NCBI GenBank assembly: GCA_905178155.1
Contig: CAJINV010000010.1
Location: 2,872,587 to 2,936,586 of the forward strand
Reading direction: 5' to 3'
Source: Amoebophrya sp. A120
Lineage: Eukaryota; Protista; Dinoflagellata
Length of the DNA stretch: 64,000 nt
Below, one piece after another: positions 21,660 through 34,726 of the stretch (its first letter is position 1; every line of letters starts with the position of its first letter). A program made the translations under genes and the position numbers. The notes beneath the pieces were generated by a model. That model was not told the DNA's origin and ran no database searches. It saw only the letters and a list, made by a program, of their open reading frames with translations.

Positions 21660-24600
21660 TCACGGAACTACAGAAGCACAAGCTGCACTATACTTTTTCT
21701 TATAGCTCGTCTCTTCCGCGAACTTCTCCCCAAGCAACAACGGGTCGCAGTTGTTCCAGAAATTTCCGCACAATTCCTCCACGTACGTATCCCCAGACTC
21801 CTGCTTCGTCGCCTCCAATTTTCCCTCTTCCACCAACATTCGATGCGAAAATTTACTGTTCACCGATTGATTGCTCATCTTCAATTCCCCGTTCTGGTCG
21901 TTATAGAACCCACTCCCCCGGTATCCACAGAAAAAAAACCATCCACATCCATTTTTTGCGTGACAAACACATGCCTTGATGTGTGTTTTGCATGACAAAT
22001 TGGATGTGAATGGGTTTTTTTCTGTGGATACCCGGTTCATCGCGAACTTCGGATTGTAGCCGAGACACAGAGCCAGTTTGAACAAAAGAAATTTGTCATC
22101 CGTGAACAGTTTGTTGGTCGTCCAAAAGGGGGAGATGAGTCTGTACGCGCAGTCTTCCCCGTTATACCCCCGTTCTTTCACCATCAAACCGAGATACGCT
22201 TTGACATTCTGGTCCGCGCCGCCGACTAACTCCTTCGCTAAACCGTGTTTTTCCAGGTACACATGCGCCCTCTATCCTGATTAAAAACGTCCCCACACCA
22301 GAGTCCAGATGGGATATCTGGTAGACAAATCCACTAGCTTTCGTTGTTTGGCATGACAAGTTTGTCCTCGTAGTGTAAACCTGTTTAGCCAGTTCAGAAG
22401 CATCACAGATCTAGCATAGCATGCTGATCCTAGCATCACAAATTCCAAAACACGAGTAGAAAATACTTCTCATAGAGCTCCGCATGATGAACTTTCTTGG
22501 CATACAGACATGCATGACAACTACGGAGTGGGGATGTTTTTACACGGGATACCCTTCTCGCCGCGTTCATTTTCTCCTCCGGCTTCAACTTCTGATCTTC
22601 CGTCAGGTAAATACAGTGCTTCCAACCCAAATACGCGTTCACCAGCGCCGCGTGGTCGGAGTTGAACCTGTCGCCTAAAAAGTTCCGCCCGCCGCGTGTT
22701 GTATCCATGCTCTCCTTCTTGATGTCGAACGGCGACTTTTGGCCCATGAAGCTCAACGCGCACAGAGTCGGTAACAACACCCCGAAAATTGCGCTGTAGC
22801 TCATCGCGAGAGTCGCGCAGGGGTGCTGCGGGACGTTCCCGAGCCACTGGCCTAGATCGGTCAGCTGGTACTTGTAACTTTGTCCGTCGTTCGTGACGGC
22901 GAGTTCGATGGCGCCGAGGTTCTCGAGCACTTCGATTCCAGATAGGACTCGGTCCTCCGGCGGGACGGACACCGTGCGCTTGAAAAACTCAATCGGGTCC
23001 CCGAGCTTCAGACACATTTCCTGGAGAATATGTTCCTCCAATGAGTTAGAGAGAATCTCGGGGAACTGGTGGTCTTTCATGGTCGTCAGCATGTACTCCG
23101 GGTAGAGGTGGATGCAAATCCCCTCTTGACAACGACCTGGGGAGGTGATTCTTTGACTTTGGATGGCGTTTTGTTAATAGCTGACCATCGAAATTTTAAT
23201 CTTATTGTAGTGCGATGCCGTACTAAAAGTAATGAGTCCACCTTGAAAGAAATCTGTATTGCAAAATAAATCACATCAGTCTATACCTGCCCTCCCCTTC
23301 CTCTGTGTGTTATTCGCTTTTGAAACCAACTGCCCTTCCAAAACTCCCGTCATCCGCTGCGAGTCGTAAACCATCTCTTTCGCAATGCCCGTGTTTAGCA
23401 CGTAGACAATGTCTATCCAGTGCAAAAGTATCGTACTCGTAGCAATTGCATTTATGCATTACAAATCCCTTTCTCAATGTAAATCAGCATTACAAATTCA
23501 AACTTGTAATGCTGGGCTAATTTGTGATGCAATTTATACTAGTACGATGCTTTTGCATTGCATAATGTCGCTGATCGTCACACTCGTTTCCGCAATGTTC
23601 GTCGACAGAATGATCTTCCGCCTTCCCGTATCAAATGCAAAAATGTCTGGGTCTGGAAGAGTGCCAGACTTGTCATGCAGGTTTTCCATGACCCATGACG
23701 CCTGTAATGCATAACCTGGTATCACAGATTTTTAGCGGGCATTCTGATGCCTATCCCGCATGAGAAATAAGTTCTCTCTCCATGTGGCACAAACTGGACC
23801 CCTCTTGCTGGTCACGCAATACAGATTTCTGTAGAATGCAGAGACACCAGCATCACAAGTTGCAATCTTCCAGACCCAGACATTTTTGAATTTGGTATCC
23901 CGGCGGCGCCGGGTCGAACACCTGGTGTTGCTCTTCGGGTATCAACTGCGAATGCAATGGCAAGATGTGGTACTTCCGTTTCTCATCGTCAATCAACCCC
24001 TCGTCGATCTCTGCTTTCCGCAAATCGTCGCCCACATCGGAAATGTCCTTCCACCCGGGCAGGAAAATCAAAATCGACCCCCGGCCGTTTTCGTTTTTAA
24101 TCATCGATCTCGCGTCCGTGTCGATTTTCCGGACCATTTCGATGATTAATTTCCGTTTCTCGAAGTTGATGTACTTGTAGTCGTCGATCACCAAGGAGCG
24201 TAGCGTCTTTTCACTGTACTCCTTCTCGTCTTTTAGCGAGTATAATTTCTCGTCGATTTCCTGCAATTGCCGATTCGTCACCGCGGAGAGTTTGTCTGTG
24301 TTTGCCAAGACGCATCCCGTCCACTCCAACGCGTCCTCTAAGTAGTATTCCTTGATTGGAAAACAACGGCTATCAAATGCAAAAGTGTCTGGGTCTGGAA
24401 GAGTCAGAGTGCAAGTTTGTCATGCTTGTCTGGCATGACTCGAGAATCTGTGTTGCATAGGCACGAAAAGGCCCTCTTACCTGTCATGCACGAACGCAGT
24501 TTTCCATGCAGAATACGTAGGACATTGCAGCCAAAAAAATTGTCATGCGTAGCTGCGTATTGCATTGCGTCTATCATTTTTCCATTTTAGCATTACAAGT

Positions 24601-27600
24601 TTCCAGACCCAGGACAATTTGCAATCCATAACGGCCTTCAAAGGACAAAACCGAGTCGTAAGGCGGGACGGTGGAGTTGTCGTGTTTTCCGTGATATGCA
24701 GTGCAAAAGCAAGTACAACTATCGTGCTGCTAGTAGTGATTCTAGTATGAGAAATTTTCTCAGCGACGTGACAAATGGAATTTTTCATGGCAAATTGCTT
24801 AGGAAACCAGATTTGTGTTTGTCATGCATGGATCACGATTGCAATTACTTCTACAAGCACGATATTAGTTTTGCACTAGATACGTGAAGCATTTCCCCCG
24901 TGAATTTCGTCAGTCCCACGTCGTTTTCCTTCATCCGTAAAGGCCGGAAGAAGGGGACGAAGGTGGATCCCGCGAAGGTGGCGGTCATTAAAATTAATTT
25001 AAATCCCGGGTTCATCTCCCCCTTCATCAACTTGTCTTTGATCGTGGTCAGTAAAAACTCCGAGTGCACGTCCCGCTCATGCACTTCGTCGATCACCAAA
25101 CATGCACACCTTCGCAACTTCGGGTCCTCGAATAACCGTCTCAGAACCACCGCAGTGGTGCAGAAGACGAGTCTTGTCGTGATGTCATCCGTTTTGTTGT
25201 GGTACCGGATTTGGTACCCGACTTCCCCGCCGACGATGGTGTGGCCGCGCTCCGTCGCGATTCGCTCTGAATTCGTGATAGCCGCTATTTTTCTCGGCTG
25301 GGTGACGATGACGTATTTGCCCTTGGGAACGACTTGGTGGTCGTCCATGAGAAATTGCGGAACCTAGTGTTTTGAATAAGTAAAAAGTTGGTGGGGATGA
25401 AATCAATGCGCCGGCTGCTCGCTCAGCAGCTCCTGTTGCACATTATGCGCGGATGATCATTTTCATTTGGAGATGGCGACGCTGCGTCTCCAGCATGACC
25501 ACGGGGATCTTCTTTTTTCCGGTTCTTTTCCGTTTTCGCAATACAAATGTCCAATAACATCATCGCTCCTTTAATACCTGTGTCGTCTTTCCGCACCCGG
25601 TCTCGCCGCAAATGATCGTCACGCGGTTGTTTTTCACGTGGTTCAAAATTTGCTCCTTGTACTTCATCACAGGCAATGCTTCGGCCTTCTTGCTCAACCC
25701 AGAACGGAGCTGCTTCAAAGTTGGCTTTTCCCACTGGGTAATACGAAGGCCGCGATGGTGGTAGAAGCACTGATGTTGTTTTGGTTGGGACGAAATGTAA
25801 AGAAAAAGATTTCATTTGTCGATTCGGTGTGCGACCACGATTTCAGCATGACAAAACCTGAGTTATATTGGTTTCGACATCACATCAGCAACACAAATTT
25901 CAATTTCCATCAAACTCGCATGCTTCATCATCTTAGTCTTACCCTCTCCCCCAACTTAAAGATCTCCCAGTCTTGCCCTAGCACCTCCTCGTCCTCCGGC
26001 TCAGTGTCGTCGGATTTCGTCGATTTCGCGTCGTCATTATCGTCTTCGTTTTTGTCCCTCTTTATGTGGTCCTTCATTTCTCCAGTGAGATCCGAGGTCC
26101 GCTTTTTCATCGCACTTGTTTTTTTCGTCAATTCAGCGGCTGCATGATCTCCAGCTGGCTGTGCCGCTTTTGACGTCGGTAGGGATTTTCTTCGGCTCTC
26201 GGCTAGGTAAGAATCCGCGTCTTTCTCATCTTCAGACTTCGTGTCCTCCGGCACTGGAGGCTTCTTCGCCGGAACGGGAGGCGGCGGTGCGGGCGCAGTG
26301 GAGGTCTTGTTCTCTGTGTTTGTCGTGCCTGGTGCTGGCACTACGCTGCTATTCATCCCCTTGTGGTCCTTCGGCGGTGGCGGCGGAGCTTTCGCTCTTT
26401 TCGATTGGTTTTGCATTTCCTCCTCCAATGAGCTAATGCCGTCTTCTTTGCTATTGCTTCCTTCCTCCAGTAAATTTGGCTTCCCAGTTTTCGACGTAGT
26501 TCCAAGAGTAACCACATTGAGCTTCGAGTCACTGTTCGACGCACCAGCAGCAGCTACTTGTTCCCCAGATGTTGGCAACAGACCATTCAAATCATGATTC
26601 CCTGCTTCCTCCTCCGGACTAGAAGCGCTCGGCAGAGAGGGCGGTGGTGTCGGCTCCACTGGTAACCCGAGCATCGCCGCAATTGTCGGGTCGATCTTAT
26701 CTTCCTCCTCCGCAATTTTCTTCCGCTTTATTTCCGCAGCAGCGTTATTTCCTGCGGACAACCCACCACCAGCTTTCGCCGCGAGCAACTCCGTCATGGT
26801 TTTCGGCGGTGGGGGTTTGGCTTTCGCGGTTTTGGAGGAAGTAGCAGCTTTTGATGTCCCGCCTTCTTTGTCCTTCTTTTCAGCTTTATCCGCTTTCGAC
26901 TTGGTTTTCACTTTTTTTTTCTTCTTCGGCTTCGCTTTTATCGTCAATAGATCCGATAGTTTCATACTCGTTTTCGCGATCGGTGCGGTAGACGGGGCGA
27001 CGGTCATGGTACACAGGTCCGTTGCGCCTAGTAAATCCAAATGCATCTTCTCCACCGCGGTTAAAGCCTCCGCTTCTTTCGGGATAGAGGATATTGGTGG
27101 AGCTACTGCAACTGGGGCGCCATATCCCGCTTTCATTTCTTCCTTCTCCCTCTCCTCCTCCTCCCTTATCTGCTGCACCTGATACTCATCCTCGGGCGGC
27201 AGAACCTCACTTGCTTTGTCCGCAAATTCTGGATTTGATAAGACTTGCAACTTCAGCATCTCCGCCCGGTTGACCTCCTCAATGACTTCCAACTCCCCAA
27301 TCTCGTTCTCCTTTTCGAAGTATTGCTCCTCCCGCTTTTGCTTCTCCTCGGTGAATTTCGTTTCGAGATTTTTGATTTCCTCTTCCGCCTTCTCTTTCTC
27401 GCTGTCGGAGATATCCTCGAGGAAATCCATATCAGCAAAAGTGTCTAGTACGTCGTCCTGAGAGATTTCGTTTTTGTTCTCGTGGTCTTCAGATGCGGCT
27501 AGTGCTGCCATTGCGTCGTCGTCGTGGATATTTCTGCTCCTCTTGTTGCTGACGCTGTTTGATGTTGTTGCGCCAGGCATAGAACTGGATTTCGCCTTCC

Positions 27601-28453
27601 CACTCTGATTCTTATCCGGCAAGTACGGGACCAAGCCGGCGGAATTATTGTTCATCGTGCTGTTGCTTCCAAAATCCCCCGCCCTGTTCCTCTTGTGTGG
27701 CACGAATTCCGCGAATTCCAAGCCCCCCACAGGCCCGCCGAAGTGGTCGAATCCCATGTTTCGGTCCCGTGGGTGCCGGTTTGAGTTTGTGTTGTGGTCG
27801 AAAGAATTCGATGAGCCAAAGTTGTTCCTGTCTCGTGATGGGGACCGTCGGCTCATGTTCATCATACCATGTTGACCCCCGCCAGCACTGCGATAATTGT
27901 TGTTTTGCTGATGCCCCCCGCCTCCGAACCCCCCATGGTGTGGTCCTCCAAACTGCTGCCTTGTGACAGCGTTGCTGTCGAAGGCTGATCTTGACCTAGG
28001 ATGGTCGAAATTATTGTTCCCGCCGCCCATACTATCCGGAGGTTGAAGACCACCGCCACCACCTCTACCGCGGAGTGGGATCAGGCCCCCTCGAGGTGGC
28101 TGATGCTGGAGATCATCGTTCGAATTTGACCGGGAGTTGAAGGCATCGTAGGAGTTGTTATTGGACTGTCCGTGGTGGCCCCCACCGCCACCATAATTGT
28201 GCCCGTTATTTCCACCCCCTCCTGCGTTCGGCCCTCTTGTGATCACCAAAGGCATATTGGAAGTCCTGTCGTGCTGACCTGGTAAAAACGTCCGCCGCAT
28301 GTTGGTCGGGCGGTCGGTGGGGAGGGCGGCGTTGTGGTGGCTATTCCCTCCTCGGTTGCTGCTTCCCCAATCGTGCAAAGGGCGCAGTCGGGGCGCCCCG
28401 GCCTTGGAGGACGCACCCTGCACATTGTAATTGTCGCTATGGTGACCGCGCAT
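21660..28453 (-). CDS. DEAH/RHA RNA helicase (DHX36/DHX57-like group) with about 830-aa low-complexity N-terminus and a WW domain
   Basis: [62 protein letters not shown]2-like LTDLG. GT-AG introns at 23137-23286, 25364-25577, 25770-25942, plus six TIR elements. 3' end approximate. Confidence 0.88.
21922..22030. mobile_element. Introner family E
   Basis: TIR TATCCACAGAAAAAAA.CCAT.CACATCCA, repeat CCCGG. Confidence 0.9.
22273..22551. mobile_element. Introner family C
   Basis: TIR, repeat CCCTC/CCCTT; removal gives NAARRAHVYLE. Confidence 0.88.
23414..23564. mobile_element. Introner family B
   Basis: TIR, repeat ATGTC; removal gives [12 protein letters not shown]; closely similar to 233-382. 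Confidence 0.92.
23629..23897. mobile_element. Introner family A
   Basis: TIR, repeat TCCCG; removal gives [12 protein letters not shown]. Confidence 0.92.
24371..24630. mobile_element. Introner family A
   Basis: TIR, repeat ACGGC; removal gives [15 protein letters not shown]. Confidence 0.92.
24695..24882. mobile_element. Introner family B (diverged)
   Basis: Degenerate TIR, repeat CGTGA. Confidence 0.8.
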
Positions 28454-29300
28454 TTTTTCTTGTGGGGTAGGGGTCGGGAGAAGTTGTATTAAGTGGTAGG
28501 AAGGACAATTTCGTTAGGTCAAATAAGGGTTGGAATTCGGATGAGGGCGGGAGAAAAAAAAGTTGTAAAAAAATTAAACATCGACAGCGTCGACGTCTAG
28601 TGGTGGAGTAAATGATAACTCCGTGAATCAAAAAATTTCTAAAGGCGTCGAGTGATACTCTACTACCTGCTTGCGCGGTCTACTGAGGACGCGTGTAGTG
28701 GTAGTTGCCTGTGCTGTGTCGCCGGTGTGAGTGTCAAATTACAACTTTCAACATCTAGTAAGTGAACAGACTAAACCTAGAAGGAACTTGTCGTTGCAAA
28801 AGGTGAATCAATGGTGCCATCGGATGATCATGTTCGAAATGTTTTTGACCCGGGTCAGGATCAGGATCATCCTACAACAAATGATGAAGATCAAAAATCA
28901 TCTGCGTAGACCTCTACTCTTCATGTCGTGGTCGTGAATGAAACAAATACAAAAATTGCGGGGCTAATGAAACAACACGACGAGGACGAGACCTTCGGAG
29001 CACTGAACTGCGACCGCCAATTTTTGCTTCAGGATTCTTGCAATCGAAACAAACCAAGCAGCACAGGGGGATAGAGAACACCGCGCCGGAAGACGACCCA
29101 GATGACAGAAGCGTCTCCAAGCAGGATGAAAGCTTCATTGTTTGTCTTGTTTCAGTGCTACCCGTCACTTCCTTGTGTACTGTGACTCCGCCAGTAACAA
29201 GTCGCAGTACTAGTCTTGCTGCGTAACGACCATAGATGTTCTACTTGTTCACGGCCAGTACTACTAACAATCACAACAGTTGTACGTACTTCTCTCTTCA

Positions 29301-32300
29301 TCAATCTTCCATCCCTCCGCCGACATCGTCCCGCATCCTGGTTCCAAAAATCCCCTCCCTGGCTCTCGCATTCGAATCTTCAAACACAGTGGGCGCGATT
29401 TCGCTTAACCAGTTCGGATCGATTGCCGTGACGTGTTGGATAAAGTGCTCTAACTGTCCACCTCCCTGTCCGCTTCCCGCGCTCGTCGTGTTACAGGACA
29501 GAAACACGACGCAATTTGGATACGTGCTGATCCCGTTCGCCGGGTCAAACAAAAAGGACTGCTGGTCAATTTTGAACTTTGTGAACGCAGTCCGCGAGCC
29601 CCCGATTTTGCTCGCGTTTCCGGCGGAGAAAACTGAGCTGTAGTTCCCCTCCTGCGTCTTCACACAGCAGTTCATGAACATTGACTTCGCGACGCACTTC
29701 TGCAACTCCTCCAACTGTCGTTTTTCCGGTGATAAGAGCGGTAGTTGTTTCGCGAGGGTAACGTTGTCAGAGACGGAGAGCTTCCGGAGCATGTCGCTGT
29801 ACTTAACCTTCGCGTGCTTGTCCGGGAAGAGTTTGATATCAGCGAATAACAGTTCCGGGAGTAGTATCAAATGTAAAAATGTCTGGGTCTGGAAGAATGC
29901 AAGATTTGTGATGCATGCTTTCCATGACCCCTGAGGTCTGGAATGCGAGACCCAGCATGACAGATTTTTTGCCGGTATCTTGATGCCTGTCCGCATGACA
30001 AATGCCCTCTCCGCAGAGCAAAAACTGGACGCCTCTTGCTGCTCACGCAATACACTTTTTTTTAGAATCCAAAATCAGCATGACAAGTTGGATTCTTCCA
30101 GACCCAGACATTTTTACAGTTGATAAGTAGTTTTGTCACGACGAAACTCGTCAACTGTCTTCTCAACCTTGTTATGCTGCGCAAAAGTATCGCACTCGTA
30201 GTAATTGCAGATATGCATGACAAATCTTCCTCCTAAGGTGAAACAGCATTACAAATCCCACTTTTCTTCTTGCCAAAATTTGTAATGCAATTTATGCTAG
30301 TACGTTACTTTTGCAATGCATACTCGCAATCTGCATCAGGACTTGCTTCTTTAACAGATATTTGTTGCAAAACTCCGTGCTGTCCTTGTTCTTCTGGTTG
30401 CCGTATGGATTGGAAAGTTGTCTGGGTCTGGAAGGATGCAACTTGTGACGCTACCTTTGGACTCTACATAAAAGCTGTATTGCATGAATAGCACAAGAGG
30501 TGTCATTTGTGCTACGTGGAGAGGGCATTTCTCATGCGGTATGAGCATCAGAAAGCATTCGCAAAATCTCTGATGCTAGGGCCTGCATCACAGACCTCAT
30601 GGGTCATGCAAAATCTGCATGACAAACCCCTGCATTCTTCCAGACCCCGACATATTTGCATTTGATATGCCGCTGGAGGTATTTTCTCCCCCGTGCTCAT
30701 CCTCCCACTGGTAATAGACGTTTAGTAATGAGATCAAATCCCCTTCTTTCACCCCCAAAGACTGCTTGCAGGCGAGCAGCCTTGCTTTGGACTTGTGGGA
30801 TTCTTGAAAAACGGAGTTTGATGTTGACGTAGCTTGGTGTAAGACCATCGCGAGAATGGTGAGGCAGTGCGGGAGTAAATTGTCCGATTCGGTGAGGATT
30901 CTGTCGAGTTCCTTTTTGGGTGTCGTCGTGGAGTTCAACAGTGCTTGTTTTTTCTTTTCAAACTCCTCTTTCTTCACTCTCGGGTTTTCCCGGTTTTTCT
31001 TTTGCTTTTTCTTCTTATCGTCGGTAGTGAGGAAATCCAGGCCTTGTTGGTCATTGTTTTCTTCATCCTCTGCATTAGCGTCGTCGGGATTCTTCAGAAA
31101 TCCGTGCTTGTCGTATTTCCCGTCGGGTTCTTCAGCCGTACTACCGTCTGCATTCATTTTCTGACCTTCGATTGTAAACCGGCAAATCCTATCCGCCGAC
31201 CAAAATTCCGCCTCGATCACAGCGAAGAGAAATTTCACCAAGTGTAAATTCGGCACAATCGCGAATACCTGGGCGGCGAGGATTCCCCACGGTTGGGTTA
31301 ATCTCGCGTTGGCGTCGAGGAAATTGAGTTTGTGGAGAGTTTGTAGTGCGTACACTAAGCCCTCTTTCGTCGGCGGAGTGAGGAAGGGGAAGCTGTTTTG
31401 GTTGCTGTGCTGCTGATTGATGCTTCCTGTCATATTACGTTGCTCCAACTGCTTTTGCTGCGCTTGCTGCGTCTGACACACCTGGTCGATTCCGAACGAT
31501 TTCAACCGCAGGAGGCTGGATGTGAAGTCCTCCCGGAGAATCGCGGGCGGGATTTTTTGGTTCGTCGATAAAGCACTTTCGTTTTCAAGTCCGTCTGGAT
31601 TTTTCGGATTCTCCATAATTCCAGCACCATCTACATCGGTTTTAGCAATACCTCTCTGCTCCAGAAACTCCTCCTTCGTGCATAACCTGTAGCAGTACCC
31701 GCCTCCCTCCACTCTTCCCCCCCTGCCCGCCCGTTGGTCGCAGTTCGATTGGGCACAGGGGATGATCGTCTTGTACGTGATCGGAATATTCGTCCCTCCG
31801 GTGGTGAACATTTGCCGCATGGTTGGCGGTATGAACTGCAAAAGTATCGCACTCGTAGTAATTGCAGTCATGCATTACAAGTCTTTTTCTGAAGGTATAT
31901 CCGCATTACCAATTTCACTTGTCATCATGCTGAGAAAATTTGTAATGCATTTATACGAGTACGATTCATTATCATTTGCAATTCATAGGCGGGAAGAAGC
32001 AGGGAAGTTTGACGAAACAACAGTCGATGACAAAGCGGATCCCGGGGATGGTGACCGCTGTTTCTGCTAGATTTGTGCTCACGATGATTTTTCGGATCTT
32101 CGTTGCGGAACTGTACCCTGACTCCTCATTATGAACCGCGAAGGCTTCCAACTGCTCGTCAAAGCTCATCCCCGCGTAGAGGCCGCAGACGCGGAGGAAT
32201 TTTTTCTCATGTAGATTTGAACGTAGAGGATCACCACCACCGCGACGATTCCCTTCTCTGGAGTCCGACCTTCTTCTCCGTCCATGGTGGTCTCGGTTTC

Positions 32301-33894
32301 TTTCCCGCTCCTCCCGCGCAATTTCCTCCTCATAGAGGTCTTCTTTTGTCAAAACGTACTCGGAAAACTCTTCTTTCAACAGCTGCAAGCACACGTGCAC
32401 CTCATCCGCCCCCGTGACAAAACACAAAATGTCGCCGTCTTTGGTTTTCTTGCCAGCAGCAGCGCCTGTGTTATCGTCAGTGCTAGATGGGAACAAAATC
32501 TCGTTACACACCTCCACAATCTTTTCCAAGTAGTTTCCGCACGGCTCCTCGAGATATTTCACCCGTACCGGAAAGCTCGTTCCTTCGCAGGAGAGGACCG
32601 TGTAGGAGAGAGGCTGCAGGGCGGTTGAAGCTGCTGCACTTGTCCCTTCTTGCTTCGCGGCGTGCAACCCTGTTCCTTTCTGCAACTCCTCATGCAACTT
32701 TTCCTTCCGCTTCGCGTCCTCCAATTCTTCTAGATTCCCGCTCCCCACATCGAACCCCGAGACTTTGTTCGACGCTTTTACTTTTCGCCGCTTTCTGATC
32801 GGCGCAGAGGAAGATGATGAAGTTGCAGCACCAGCACGAGGACTCCCTTGCGCCTGATTTCTTTCATCATCTCCCTCTTCTTCCGACACCAACTCCATCT
32901 CCTGCAGCATCTGGTCCTTTACCAACTCCTGGCTAATTCTTATCCCTTCGTTCCACTTCTCCAAATACCCGACAAACTCCGTCACGTCCAACGTCGCGGA
33001 GGTGATGATGATTTTCAAATCGTTTTTTCTCACCTTCTTGATCTTCACCAACATCCCAAGTAGCAAGTCCTGCGCCACCGTGCGCTCGTGCGCGTCGTCG
33101 AGGATGATCACGGAATAATTCAGTAAAAGCGGATCGTGGACCAGTTCCTGGAGGAGAATTTCATCTAGGAGGAACACAATCCCCGGGGACAGGTTCGACT
33201 CGTTTATTTCCGTTTCTACACTGGTTCCCTTCGGATTCCGCCAAGTGAAAGCGGTTTCGTTGCGGACCTTGTAGGCGACGGAGTCGGATTCGAAGAAGGA
33301 TTTTTGGTCGAGCTGACTCTTATCACAATTATTTCTGCCTCGACTCGCCCCATACTCGTGCTCGGAAATCGCTTCCCGCTCCGCACCGACTCTTTCCGCA
33401 AGCTGCAACGCGGCTAACCGACGGCTGACGGTGACGGCGATGGATGGGAACTTCAAGGAATCATTTGTGCTGCTAAAACTCTTGCTGGAGGAGGACGTGC
33501 TGCCAGTTGTACTAGTATTATACCCCGCGTCGAGCAGAAACTGCGGCAGTTGCGTGCTTTTCCCGCACCCGGTGCTGCCGATGAGCAAAACCACATCGTT
33601 TTCCTCCACCGCGAGCAAGAATTCCTTCTTCTTCTCTTGAATCGGCAGCCGCGTAATTTGGCGCAAAATGGGTAAAGATGACGTCTCATCGAACTTCCAG
33701 GGGTGGATTGTGTCGGCGGAAGTGTTGTTGTTGGTTGTATCTCGGCTCTCTTGGAAATGGATGTCCTCCAGCTGTAAAAGCGGGTTTGTGGGACGGTCGT
33801 GCGAACGACGATCCCTCCTGTCACCGTCGCGTTCGCGCTGGTTGCGGTAATTGTCGTTATTTCGCCGAGGACCGCGGGGGCCTTCACGCTCCAT
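29301..33894 (-). CDS. DHX35: DEAH-box RNA helicase, DHX35-like, 5 exons
   Basis: GSTGCGKSTQLPQFL, DDAHER, TSAT, STNLAETAVTIPGIRFVIDC, QRAGRGGR, VKEGDLISLLNVY; all four introns are TIR elements. Orthology inferred by eye. Confidence 0.75.
29865..30125. mobile_element. Introner family A
   Basis: TIR, repeat AGTAG. Confidence 0.9.
30173..30322. mobile_element. Introner family B
   Basis: TIR, diverged repeat CTTGT/CTCGC; removal gives MQIARLRRQL. Confidence 0.85.
30404..30667. mobile_element. Introner family A
   Basis: TIR, repeat TGCCG. Confidence 0.9.
31830..31987. mobile_element. Introner family B
   Basis: TIR, repeat GGCGG; removal gives CFFPPTMRQ. Confidence 0.9.
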
Positions 33895-34726
33895 TTTGAA
33901 ATGATGATGTTCGAAGTTATTTACAACTAGTGATTCGTGCTACTAGTACTACTTGATGAAATTGGAACAGCGACACAAGAACTCATACGAGGCTTGATGT
34001 TGTCGTAAAAGTCGAGTCTTCTGTGTCAGGTTGGGGTCGTTGGAAACAACATTTAGGGCGGGGAAAAATAAAAAACAATGTTCAAAAAAAACTTCCCAGA
34101 CATAGTGTTACTGTCGCTGGTCAAGAGCGTGAAGAAATCAAAAATTAAGTGGTTACCAAAAAATGTTGAGTCATCATCTCGAGGTACTAGAATACTAATC
34201 CATCGCTACAGAAACAAAACAGGTGGTAGGAGCAGTTTGATCATCCAAGTGCATTGCCACACGCAGCAGGTGCAGGGCTGCTGCGGCGGTTACAGCTTTT
34301 TGATCTTGTAGTGCAAGTTCACTAGTACCGGCGAAGCGCAGAAACAGATACTGTCGTCCTTCAGAGAAATAAGATCCGTCCAAATAAAGGTGGTGAGCTG
34401 TGGTAGTGAGGAGCGGCGAGATCGCGCTCGCCGCTGTTCGAACTCGAAATTTTTCAGCGTCATCAAGGGCAATAGTGGACTAGAAAAGCAAGAGTCAGCA
34501 GGAGAACTTTCCTGCAAAATTAGAACAAATTCACCACATCAGATTTGCCAAAAAGGCTAGTAGGCGGTTGCGGTTCTGCTTCTGGCGCGACAAACTCCAG
34601 CCCGCTGCATTAATGATGGGAAATCAATGTTTATTGGCGCACTATAGTCTTCCTATCGAATTATTTGAAACGCGGCGGAAACATCTGCTCATAACTAGTA
34701 CCCATACAGGTACTACTGTGTTTCTT

